DNA of 41,175 nt from the NCBI RefSeq assembly GCF_004010195.1, contig NC_057752.1:3444634-3485808 (forward strand), given 5' to 3'. Source of the DNA: Chiloscyllium plagiosum (Eukaryota). A program made the position numbers and the translations under genes. The notes under the pieces were generated by a model. It was given only the letters and a program-made list of their open reading frames with translations, was not told the origin of the DNA and did not search any database. This document shows, piece after piece, positions 22,262-33,089 of this stretch (position 1 is the first letter of the stretch; each line of letters starts with the position of its first letter).

Positions 22262-22286
22262 TCATGTGACATTGCATCACTTCCTG
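22262..22286. promoter_or_regulatory. Abutting M-box/E-box, C/EBP-ATF (CARE) and ETS motifs
   Basis: TCATGTGAC (22262-22270), ATTGCATCA (22271-22279), CACTTCCTG (22278-22286). Confidence 0.4.
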
Positions 22287-22416
22287 TGATGATGGAAACT
22301 GTGCTCATTAGCATTATCACACAGTGAGAAATAACCCCTTAAACTACACAACCAAGCCTGCTGGCATTTCCATTTGCAGGCTTTCAGAACCCACACTCTT
22401 TCATTGCTATTGACTC

Positions 22417-22770
22417 AGAGTCACATAGGACGGAAACAGACCCTTCGGTCCATCCAGCCCATGCTGACCATAATCCCAAACTAAACTAGTCCCACCTGCC
22501 TGCTCCTGGCTCATATCCCTCCAAATCTTTCCTAATCATCTACTTATCCAAATGTTTTTTAAACATTGTAACTGTCCCCACATCCATCACTTCCTCAGGA
22601 AGGTCATTCCACACACAAACCACCTTCTGTGTAAAAAAGTTGCCTTTCGTGTACTTTTTAATTTCTTATGCCCTGGAGTTTTGGACTCCCCCACCCCAGG
22701 GAAAAGACTTTGGCTATTTGCATTATCCATGCCCCTCATGATTTTATAAACCTCTGTCAGGTCATGCCTC
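22417..22770 (-). mobile_element. CR1 LINE 3' end
   Basis: Same family as 8323-8700. Confidence 0.9.
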
Positions 22771-22779
22771 AGTGTCCAA

Positions 22780-23306
22780 TGCTTTGGTCTCCTTAATTGA
22801 GAAAGGATGTCCTGGCACTGGAGGGGGTGCAGAGGAGGTTCACTAGGTTGATTCCAGAGTCGAGGGGGTTGATTTATGAGGAGGGACTGAGGAGACTAGG
22901 ATTATATTCATTGGAATTTAGAAGAATGAGGACGGGTTTTAAAGAAACATAAAATTATGAAGGGAGTAGATAAGATAGAGGTAGCGAGGATGTTTCCACT
23001 GGTGGGTGAAACGAGGACAAGAGGGCATAGCCTCAAGATTAGAGGGAGCAGATTTCGGATTGAATTGAGAAGGAACTCCTTCACCCAGAGGGTTGTTCAT
23101 CTATGGAATTCCTTGACACTACTTCAGTAAACATTTTTAAAGCTAAGATAGATTTTTTTTGAACAATAAAAGAATTCATGGATATGGTTAGGGTGCGGGT
23201 AAGTGGATCTGAGTCCACACACAGATCAGCCATGTTCTTGCTGAATGGCGGAGCAGGCTTGAAGGGCCAGATGGCCTACTCCTGCTCCTAGTTCTTATGT
23301 TCTTAT
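22780..23306 (+). mobile_element. CR1 LINE 3' fragment, different subfamily
   Basis: LEGVQRRFTRLIP, TRTRGHSLKIRG, FTQRVVHLWNSL; tail (TTCTTATG)2. Confidence 0.92.
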
Positions 23307-23740
23307 GTATGTATCCTCGTGTGGAGCCCCCGTACTGTCCTGGCCCTCAGGAAGGCAGCTTCACCTCTGCCTCAGGATTTGCCAGAGTGACTGCTGTGGC
23401 TGCACATGCTGACTCAGCTTTCCATCCTTCACAACTGAACTGGACTTGATTTGACCCCCGTCCACCACCTGCACCCAAACGGCTGCACCATCTTTTCTGC
23501 CAGACCCCATCAAGCTTACAACTCGAAGAAGACTGAATTCTCGTCACTCAATTTGCACAGTCCCTGTTCTCACTGCGGTGCTCAACGTGTCTGAGTCCAA
23601 TATGTGGGGCCCCTGACATTCCTGCACTCCCATTCCAAAACCGTCAGGAACGATTGAAACCCAGATCCCTCAGCTCATCTCCATCGCCTTTACAATCTTC
23701 TTCCCTTTCCATTTGCCTGGCCTGGTTGCTCACTCTTAGT

Positions 23741-23812
23741 CATTCCTGATGAAGGGCTTCTCTTGTTCCTCGGATGCTGCCTGACCGGCTGTGCTTTTCC
23801 AGCACCACACTC
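23741..23812 (+). mobile_element. PLE terminal repeat with hammerhead core partly deleted
   Basis: CATTCCTGATGAAGGGCTT-[deletion]-CCTCGGATGCTGCCTGACCGGCTGTGCTTTTCCAGCACCACACTC. Confidence 0.75.
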
Positions 23813-24519
23813 TTTGTCACTGTTAGCATAAATGCTATGAGTAAAGATTTGTCTGCATGAGTGCTCACTGATCAAACTCTGCTGGTAAATTTTCAAATAT
23901 TAGTTCTTTGCAATCCACAAAGGTTTGTGCTCTAAAACCAACTAATTAGCCAAGTCAATTCTTTCCATCCACTTCAGCAAATGAATTGGAACTGGAAAGT
24001 GACTTGCACAGGTTCAGGTAGGCACTGCTCTGAAAGTATTCGCTTCTGACAGTGCACTGACCCTCCCAGAGAGGCCACAGGAATAGACAGCATCCATAAG
24101 TACATGGGACAGGCACTTTGAGAGCTGCAACTACTTATTAACTGCAGGCAGCGATGTATGCACACTCTGAGAATTGAAGACGTCAAGGCGAGCAACTGTG
24201 GAATCCTCTGAATCTATCACCAGACTGTCTTGGGGGGGGGAGGGTGTGGAGGGGGAACAATGTCAGTCAGGGAATGGGTCTCGGGGGTAAAACTGTGCGT
24301 CTGACTCCCCCTTGGATATGGCAAACTTGAAAAGGTCCTTCTCCCCTCTGAGCTGTAACAGTGACCTACTCGATTGGGAAATAGAAATGTTGCCCTGTCT
24401 TGCACAAGGCTAGAACAAGGTAAACACAGAAAGATTTGCGTTTAGAAAGCAGTTCTCACAATCTCGGCCAGAGATGGCAAAAGGGCCAATTCCTGCTCCT
24501 AACTCTTACATTGTTGGGA

Positions 24520-24745
24520 TATGCCAAAGCACTCTGGACACAGTACCTGATGAAATGTCTTTGCTGTTGTAATGTAGGAAACACAGCACGCCACAAACTC
24601 CCACAACCAGCAAAGCTAGGTCCTTCTTTTGAAGTGAGGGTGTTTGAGGAACAACTGTTGACCAAGGCAGAACCCGCCTGCTAGTTTCTGAAACAGTGTC
24701 ATGGCATCTGCTCCATTCAGCGGAGAAAACAGACTCTCAGTGTAT
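24520..24745 (-). mobile_element. Old Deu-domain SINE remnant, apparently continuing at about 26645-26692 and 27525-27585
   Basis: CTGTTGTAATGTAGGAAACACAGCA..AAACTCCCACAA; then ACCTCTGACAGTGCAGCACTCCCTCAG; then TCTCTGGAATAGGTACTTCAACC..GAGCCAC. Confidence 0.55.
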
Positions 24746-24747
24746 TG

Positions 24748-26640
24748 AAATTCCAGAAAGACCCTCCCCAACTTTTACAGCTGTACCATGGAAAGCATTC
24801 TATCCGGATGGATCACGGCTTGGTACGGCAACTGCTCTGCCCAGGGCTGTAACAAACTACAGAGAGTTGTGAGCACAGCCCAGTCCATCACCCAAACCAA
24901 CCTTCCATCCACTGGCTCCATCTACACTTCCCACTGCCTCGGGAAGGCAGCAACATCATCAAAGACCCCTCCCCTCACCCCTGTTATCACCTCTTCCAAA
25001 CTCTTCGATCGGGCAGAGGGTACAAAAGCTTAAACACACAGACTAACAGATTCAAGAACAGCTTCTTCCCCGCTGTGTTTTTTTAGAAAGGTAAAGAGAT
25101 TTCATATATTAACTTCAAAACAAAATACAAAGTTTGGAAATTAGTCAGCCTTGCGTAATCTTCATTTCACTGCATCACATGCAATGTTTTCAGCATTTTG
25201 GTAATTTTGGAGTAAAATCACAATTGCATAAACTTTTCTCCAGTTCACTCCCAGATGCCCATGATTTAACAATCCCTCTGTAATGGTTCAAAGGGCCAAA
25301 ATGGTTGTATTCTATACCTAAACTTTTATGATTTCACAGCATTTTTTTAACCTCAAAATAACAGGTTCTAATTGGATCACAAAGTTTGGGAATTTCACAG
25401 AAGCATCAATAAGTTCATCTCTCGTTTTTACATAAAAAGTGGCCATTACTTGATCCACAGTTCAGGTGTGAGCACATGTAAACATAACTTTAACCAATAG
25501 CATGTTCCAAAACCTCAGCTTTATTTGTACAGGTTAAAATGCAGTGTACATGGCTTTCTGTTACAACAATCTAGTCTTCCATTAACAACATTTTCTTACT
25601 GGCCACTTGGGTGTTGCTTTCCTTCCTGGTGGTGGGAATTGGATAAAGATTCATACACCTTGTGTCTTTCACTGTGTCTCACACCTGCACACACACAACA
25701 TGGGGAAAAATCAGCACTACTGCAGTTAGGCGGTAGTGTGTGGGGAAGGAAAAAAAAAAGAAAAAAATACAAAAAAAGAGTGTCAGACAGCCAAGAAGAA
25801 AAAAAAAGAAAAAAGAAAAAAAAAGGAGTCGTTAAAAAAAGGTGTTGGAGGTTCTATTCACTTGAAAGAAAAAAAAGATTTTTTTCTTTGTAACAAATAC
25901 AAAGCTACATGGAATTTCAGTGCCTCTCTACTAGAGCAACCAGATGTGCATCAACTTCAGCTACTGAAAGAATCCTAAATTTCGGGTTATCCACTGTCAC
26001 CACCCCAACTTCAATTTCTGATGGCTTGAAGTCAATGGACAGCACTGGGGACAGGCAGGTTATTGCTGTCCCTCCAGTTTGTGCATATATCCAGTCAGGC
26101 TTTTCCTTAACTTTCTTTCCCAAGAAGCCTGTGGCTTCTGTCTGTTTGACTCCTGCAGCAGTGGCCTTGAACCCACGATAATAACCAACAGGGTCACACT
26201 TGTCAACTTGAGCTCCAAGTTCTTTCGTCAACACCCACCAGTATCATACAGCATCCCAAAGGTCTCATTTCAGCACTCTGTGTATATACTTGGGAAATGT
26301 CTGCAGTCCGTTTGTCCACTGGGATATCACAGCAAGATTTGTACTTCCAATTTGCAGCTTCATATCGAGCTCTCTGTACCTGGGATCTGCTGTCCGCTGT
26401 CATTACATGATGTTTTCAATTCTTCTTCCTCGTTGTTATCAGATTTCTGACTGGACCTCCCCAATTTCAACTCTAATGTGGATCTTGCTTTATGCACCTC
26501 CTGGAATCCTTGCATGCCCCAGTCTGTCAAAACACCTTTTGATCTATTTTTCCTTGTACGTCATGATCTGCCTGTGCTGCATACAAAACACAACTTTTCA
26601 CTGTACTGAGGTACATGTGAAAACAATAAATCAAATCAAA
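24748..26640 (+). mobile_element. Rex1/Babar-clade LINE 3' part, split by the PSMA6 retrocopy (24748-25076 and 26422-26640)
   Basis: ESILSGWITAWYGNCSAQ..; the two halves joined match the uninterrupted copy at 33090-33645. Confidence 0.9.
25078..26421 (-). pseudogene. PSMA6: Processed pseudogene of proteasome 20S subunit alpha type-6, 5'-truncated, with 3' UTR and poly(A) remnant
   Basis: [47 protein letters not shown] and [62 protein letters not shown]-stop (25917). Intronless, 1-nt frameshift near 26223, deletion of MLC, T7 at 25078-25084, TSD at 25062-25076 and 26422-26436. Confidence 0.96.
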
Positions 26641-26692
26641 TATTATCTCATATGAGATACAGTACCTCTGACAGTGCAGCACTCCCTCAGCA

Positions 26693-27503
26693 TATGAGTA
26701 CTGGAGTGCCTTGTCCAGTTCTGGTTGCCCTGTTATAGGAAAGATATTATTAAACTAGACACGGTTCAGAAAAGAATTACCAGGATGTTGCTGGGAATGG
26801 AGGATTTGAGATCACAGAATAATCTGGGAAGACTGGGACTTTTTTCACTGGAGTGTAGGAGGTTGAGGGGTGACCTTGAGGTTTGAAAAATCATGAGGGG
26901 CATAGAGAAGGTGAATGGGGGAGTTCAAAACACGGGGGCATATTTTTAAAGTGAGAGGAGAACGTTTTTAAAAAGGCAGGAGGCGCAACATTTTTTACAC
27001 AGCGAGTGGTTCGCGTGTGGAATGAACTTGCTGAGGAAGTGGTGGATGTGGGTACAGTTACAATGTTTAAACGACATTTGGATAAGGACGTGAACAGGAA
27101 AGGGTTTGGAGGGATATGGGCCAGGAGCAGGCAGGTGGGACTAGTTTAATTTGGAATGATGATTAGATTAGATTAGATTCCCTACCCAGTGTGGAAACAG
27201 GCCCTTCAGCCCAACAAGTCCACGCTGACCCTCCAAAGAGTAACCCACCCAGACCCATTTCCCTCTGACTAATGCACCTAACACCGTGGGCAATTTAGCA
27301 TGGCCAATTCACCTTAACCTACACACCGTTGGTCTGTGGGAGGAAACCGCAGCACCCAGAAGAAACCCATGCAGACATGGGGAGAATGTGCAAACTCCAT
27401 ACAGACAGTCACCCAAGGCTGGAATCGAACCTGGGTCCCTGGCGCTGTGGTCGGCATGGACTAGTTGGGCCGAAGGGTCTGTTTCTGTGCTGTATAAGAC
27501 CAT
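26693..27503 (+). mobile_element. CR1 LINE 3' fragment interrupted by an HE1 SINE
   Basis: LECLVQFWLPCYRKDIIKLDTVQKR..; the 3' UTR resumes at about 27447 (TGGTCGGCATGGACTAGTTGGGCCGAAGGG). Confidence 0.9.
27163..27449 (-). mobile_element. HE1-like SINE, slightly 5'-truncated
   Basis: (TTAGA)n tail complement followed by the HE1 body to GGAATCGAACCTGGGTCCCTGGCGCTGTG. Confidence 0.9.
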
Positions 27504-28901
27504 GGTAGTGTTCATTCAGACATTCTACACTTATCTCTCTGGAATAGGTACTTCAACCTATAACTGACCCAATGAGCCACAGAGCAAACACTCAGCTTTA
27601 AGTTCCTTCAAATGGGAATGCTTATGAGTTGATCCTATCTTAGAATGAGAGCGAGTGCAGTCGAGTAGATATGCCAATTGTATACAATTTCAAGCTCACT
27701 GCTTGGCACAGCCTGTGTTGGCTTCATGCCATCTGCGCCACGTTGCCTTGTTTGCTGTCGCAAAGGGAGGTGATAAGTCATGACAACAGATCGTCTCTGG
27801 GAGGTTTGAACAGATGAGTCGAAATTCAGCTTGCTGACAGGAAAAGCGAATTTCGCCCTTTGAATTTCTGACTAACACCAAGGTGCATCCCATTCAGACT
27901 CCCAGCTAGAATAGGCAGGCATATCGGAAGGTGATGGATGCACTGTGGGGGTGAAATGGGGCCCTGAAAATCGGTGAAGTAACAAATGGAGCATTTCAAG
28001 ACCATTCCAACGCCAGCAAAACTGACCATCTCTGCTCTGACAGCTCCACTTCAGGCATTCCTTCGCTGACACAAGTCCGGAGCACAAAATCGCTAAGGAC
28101 TCATCGTAAATGTCAATGGCACTCAGGCAGCTTAGCAAGACAGCTGCCGCAGGAAATGCAAATATCAAGACTTTGTGCAGCGGGAGAAGGGGTTCAGGGG
28201 AATTTTTTTTTACAAAAAAGTTGTTGCAATCTGCGGGATGATCAAGACGCTGACAAAAAAGCAGGAATCCTCAGCTATTCTCCGACCTCATATCCTACAT
28301 TTAAAATCAATGTGTTTCTCGAACATCGGGTTATTTAAACCATCACATGAAATAATGTTATCCCCCCGCCCCACTGCAGTGTGAGGTCAGCTCCATCACA
28401 TGGTGCGATAAGAATCAAGATTGGCAAATTGTTTCGAATCAGTGAGACAGTGTGGTACAAATCAGGCACTAACTCCCCTCTGCTCGCATCACCGCAGATT
28501 CGAGAAAATCAATGTTCTCATAATTGTGTGACTAAAAGATGGATAATTTGCTGGCACCTCACTTAGGCTGTTAACACCGTGGCATGTAACATGGTTTACG
28601 CCAGAGCGTGGAGAAAGTTCCCAAACTGACATTTTATACTTTCCCATTTTAATGGGCACCCTCTTTCCTTGAGGAGAAAGTGAGGGCTGCAGATGCTGGA
28701 GATCAGAGCTGAAAATGTGTTGCTGGAAAAGCGCAGCAGGTCAGGCAGCATCCAAGGGAACAGGAGAATCGACGTTTCGGGGTCAAGGGGACAAAACCTG
28801 CGCCCACACCTCCTCCCTCACCTCTATCCAAGGCCCTAAAGGAGCCTTCCACATCCATCAAAGTTTTACCTGCACATCCACTAATATCATTTATTGTATC
28901 C

Positions 28902-29485
28902 NNNNNNNNNNNNNNNNNNNNNNNNNNNNNNNNNNNNNNNNNNNNNNNNNNNNNNNNNNNNNNNNNNNNNNNNNNNNNNNNNNNNNNNNNNNNNNNNNNN
29001 NNNNNNNNNNNNNNNNNNNNNNNNNNNNNNNNNNNNNNNNNNNNNNNNNNNNNNNNNNNNNNNNNNNNNNNNNNNNNNNNNNNNNNNNNNNNNNNNNNNN
29101 NNNNNNNNNNNNNNNNNNNNNNNNNNNNNNNNNNNNNNNNNNNNNNNNNNNNNNNNNNNNNNNNNNNNNNNNNNNNNNNNNNNNNNNNNNNNNNNNNNNN
29201 NNNNNNNNNNNNNNNNNNNNNNNNNNNNNNNNNNNNNNNNNNNNNNNNNNNNNNNNNNNNNNNNNNNNNNNNNNNNNNNNNNNNNNNNNNNNNNNNNNNN
29301 NNNNNNNNNNNNNNNNNNNNNNNNNNNNNNNNNNNNNNNNNNNNNNNNNNNNNNNNNNNNNNNNNNNNNNNNNNNNNNNNNNNNNNNNNNNNNNNNNNNN
29401 NNNNNNNNNNNNNNNNNNNNNNNNNNNNNNNNNNNNNNNNNNNNNNNNNNNNNNNNNNNNNNNNNNNNNNNNNNNNNNNNNNNNN
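28902..29485. other. Assembly gap (584 N)
   Basis: Run of N. Confidence 1.
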
Positions 29486-29500
29486 GCTCTTTGCCTTTAT

Positions 29501-29532
29501 TCCTGATGAAGGGCTTTTGCCCGAAACGTCGA
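29501..29532 (+). ncRNA. Minimal hammerhead ribozyme motif in a PLE terminal repeat
   Basis: CTGATGA (29503-29509), A, GGGC-TTTT-GCCC, GAAA (29523-29526), CGTC; palindromic ACGT and GUC triplet; helix I only about 2 bp. Confidence 0.75.
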
Positions 29533-29614
29533 TTTTGCTGCTCATCGGATGCTGCCTGAATTGCTGTGCTCTTCCAGCACCACTGATCCAGAATCTGGTT
29601 TCCAGTATTGTTTT

Positions 29615-29843
29615 TACCTCTGCATTTCTCACAGCTGACCCACCGAGCCTGCACATTCCTGAACACGATGGGGCAATTTCCCCACGGCCAAGCCACTCCA
29701 GTGGACTGTGGGAGGAAACCGGAGCACACCCATGCATCCACGAGGAGAATGTGCAAACTCCACACAGACGGGTCGCCCGAGGCTGGAATCGAACTCGGGC
29801 CCCTGGCGCCGTGAGGCATCTGTGCTAACCCACTGAGCCGCCC
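29615..29843 (-). mobile_element. HE1-like SINE, partial
   Basis: Reverse complement of GGCGGCTCAGTGGGTTAGCAC..GAGTTCGATTCCAG plus the HE1 body. Confidence 0.85.
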
Positions 29844-30099
29844 CTTCGAGTTATATTTCCAGATTTCACCTGAATATCAGATCAGGAACTGCAGACTTCA
29901 CCACGACCTCTAGAATTCTATTCGTTGCCTTCTGATATTGATCCAAAAGACGTCTATCATTATCAGAAGGTGCCTCTGTCATGTCCAAAGGCAAATGAAG
30001 GAGCAAGCACACTGCCACCTTAAGAGAACCCAATTATGGGGATGAAATGTGTCCTCGCAGCTTCACCCATGTCTCAGGAACAAACTTTAAGAAGTCACA

Positions 30100-30577
30100 A
30101 AGATAGGAAGGATGCTGTGAAGCTTGAAAGGGCTCAGAAAAGATTTCCAAGGATGTTGCCAGGGTTGGAGGATTTGAGCTATAGGGAGAGGCTGAACAGG
30201 CTGGGGCTGTTTTCCCTGGAGCGTCGGAGGCTGAGGGGTGACCTTATAGAGGCTTATAAAATCACAAGGAGCGTAGATAGGATAAATAGACATGGTCTTT
30301 TCCCCAGAATAGGGTACAGGTTTAAGGTGAGAGGGGAAAGATTTAAAAGGGACCTGAGGGGCAACATTTTCACACAGAGGGTGGTGCGTATAAGGAAGGA
30401 GCTGCCAGAGGAAGTGGTGGAGGCTGGGACAGTTACATTTAAAAGGTATCTGGATGGGTATATGAATAGGAAAGGTTTGGAGGGATATGGGCCAAGGGCT
30501 GGCAAGTGGGACTAGGATATCTGGTGGGACAAGTTGGACTGAAGGAAATGTTCCTGTGGTGTCCATCTTTATGACTC
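30100..30577 (+). mobile_element. CR1 LINE 3' fragment
   Basis: RKDAVKLERAQKRFPRMLPGLEDLSYRERLNRLGLFSLERRRLRGDLIE..FTQRVVR. Confidence 0.93.
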
Positions 30578-31739
30578 CAAGAAGCATTGCTGGAGAAGTG
30601 ATTGAAGGGTTTAATTCAAGGCCCAAGTGAAAGGAAGGACTTGTATTTTTCCACTGCCTTTTTCTGAACTCGGAACATCCCCCAACACTTCACAGCCAGT
30701 CAAATAATGACCTATTTGAGTGATTAAAGTTTACAGAAGATCACAAAGCTAATTTATTTGGGTGACCTCCCCATCCTGATTCAAAATCTTGCTAACCAAA
30801 CATCCACGGTCAAACTGAATGATAGCACGGATTGGAGGGACAGAGTGGCCTACCCCTGCTCCTCCAACAGCATCTGAAGAGTTGCCTTTTGTCAAACAAT
30901 TCATACACATCAAGGTTTGAGCTCATCTGATCAATCAATGATTTGAATTCATCACAAGGTCTTACTTCCCTGTTGTTAACCACGTGAAAAGATCGTGAAT
31001 TTGAAACATAGACTGGGTGCAACCAAGGGGTTGAATCTTGTGTGCTCACTTATCGATACGCACGTTACTGATTCCTGCATTTGGGAGAGCGGACTCTCTC
31101 AGGAAAAGACTGATCGTTGAAGATGTGTTACACGCATATTAAAATCAATATCATTAGCGTATGTCATCACGCTCTAATCCAATACAAACCTGTGTGACGG
31201 ATAGATCCTTTTTACAAATGGGCCTGTCATTATTTGAAATGCTGGACAAATTAATGTCACTTCCTCACACACAGGCTGAAAGACAGAAATAGAGAATGGG
31301 CAGTCGACATCTGTCGGAGAAAAATCTCACGGATGTTTGGAGGGAAGCTTTCTGAGACAGAATAAACCCCATTGTGTAAGACAGGACACAATAGAGGAGT
31401 TGGGGGGAGCGACTGATAAAAGCAAAGAAAGAAAACAGGTCGCTTAAATTCTCTGTCCTCCTCTCTGTCTGTCCTAAGCATTATATCCCTGTTCTAATAA
31501 AGCTCTCTGGACAGCACCTCATCTTACGATTACTCACTTTCGAGCCTTGCTGACTTGACTCTAATCTCGACAATTTTAGATCAGAGACACAGCTCCAATT
31601 TTCTTCAACAGCAGGGGCTGGTAATGATTTGGTTGTGAGCATTTACAAAGACTTGGATCCCAGCTTTCATTCCTAAAAGCAAAATACTGCATGTGCTCGC
31701 TTCGGGTTCTGCTGGCCTTCTGAGAATTATGTACAAGGT

Positions 31740-31915
31740 TCATTTTTATTCCCAGTCTTACTCAGATGCCCTCCTTTCATCACTGTGTCAGTGTCATTTT
31801 CTCCTGAATGGAAACATTTCAGCAGCTTTGCTTTAAACTTCCACTTTCGACTGGTCCATCTCTGACTCTTCCCTTCCTTGACCTTGCTGCCTTCAGTTAT
31901 AGGTCGGTCTATCAA
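31740..31915 (+). mobile_element. Old PLE reverse transcriptase fragment (further PLE-like pieces at about 32700-32970)
   Basis: Frames give HFSSFALNFH, WSISDSSL and LPFLDL, resembling the PLE RT F..FA.NFHP...FT.SIS..SLPFLDL segment. Confidence 0.6.
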
Positions 31916-31974
31916 CCAGGTTGGGAAGCTGTGTTATCTGAAATAATCAATGTGGAATATCATTGTGTGGACCT

Positions 31975-32406
31975 ATATAGAATCCCTACAGCAGGCCATT
32001 CGGCCCATCAAGTCTACACTGAACCTCACAGAGCATCTCAGCCAGACCTACAACCCTACCCTGTAACCCTGCATTTCCCATGGCCAATTCACCCTAACCT
32101 GCACATCCCTGGACACTATGGGACAATTTAGCATGGCCAATCCACCCTAATCTGTACATCCCTGGGCACTATGGGACAATTTAGCATGGCCACTCCACGC
32201 TAACCTGCGCATCCCTGAGCACTATGGGACAATTTAGCATGGCCCATTCACACTGACCTGCACATTGCGGAAGGAAACCACAGCACACAGAGGAAACCCA
32301 CGCAGACACGGGGAGAATATCCAAACTCCACAAACAGTCATCTGAGGCTGGAATCGAATTCAGGTCCCTGGTGCTGTGAGGTAGCAGTGCTAACCATTAA
32401 GCCATG
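31975..32406 (-). mobile_element. HE1-like SINE with internal 53-bp tandem amplification (32079-32265)
   Basis: HE1 head at 32340-32406; unit CATGGCCAATTCACCCTAACCTGCACATCCCTGGACACTATGGGACAATTTAG repeated about 3.5 times. Confidence 0.9.
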
Positions 32407-33089
32407 GTATGCCCTGCTCACAAAACAGTGCCCTCTGTACTGAGGAGACCAAAAGCAGGCTGTGTGGCTACTTGGCAGTAAACCTCCATTCAGACCCAAA
32501 CAATTGCACTCTGACCTCTGTCCTTGGCCTCCCATACTAGGCCAATAAAGCTTAATGCAAGCTTAGAAGCATCCTTCAATTCAGTACCTCACAGCCTCCG
32601 AGATGGAACACTGAGATCAACAATTTCTCCCATATTTTCATGTTGTGCGTTTTGTGTTTTCGTTTGTTTTTGGGTGGCAAGTATTTGGCTTGTTGCTGTT
32701 TATACCATCTCAGAGACCTACGTTTGTTTTATTTTCATTTGGGGCCTTACCATCCCCATTCCCTCTCACTTGCATCTCCTTTCTCATTGATTCTCTCCGG
32801 ACATCTGACCTACCACTGAACTTTGCCATTATTCTCTCCCCTCCGGTATTTTTTCCGCTTCCTGTACCCTGCCTCTGGGCTCGCAGAAACCCCTTTTACT
32901 TTGCTAACTTTTCCCAGTTCCTGGTAAAGAGGTCATCGAGCTGAAACATTACCTCTGTTTCTCTCTGCCAGGCCTAGATAGGTGTGACTCTTACAGGGCT
33001 CAAAGTGACATGGGTCATAGTGTGATTTGTGGCAGAATCAGATGCCAAATGCAGCCAGGCCCATCACAAACTCACTGCATCTTTAACAC

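Larger units (their letters stand above)
28672..29605 (+). mobile_element. 5'-truncated Penelope-like element: inverted terminal repeat, GIY-YIG endonuclease start, gap, direct terminal repeat
   Basis: 28672-28781 inverted repeat; KTCAHTSSLTSIQGPKGAFHIHQSFTCTSTNIIYCI (PLE Zn-linker and GIY motif); terminal repeat at 29499-29605. Continuity across the gap is assumed. Confidence 0.85.

Noticed and set aside
25525..25893. Lys-rich ORF resembling a nuclear localisation signal
   Set aside because: Antisense reading of U-rich tracts in the PSMA6 3' UTR.
25917..26403. Functional PSMA6 gene or retrogene
   Set aside because: 5'-truncated, frameshifted, with deletions and substitutions at conserved residues.
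28703..29819. Longest ORFs in the track (221-344 aa)
   Set aside because: They run through the 584-N gap and are artefacts, apart from the short PLE endonuclease piece.
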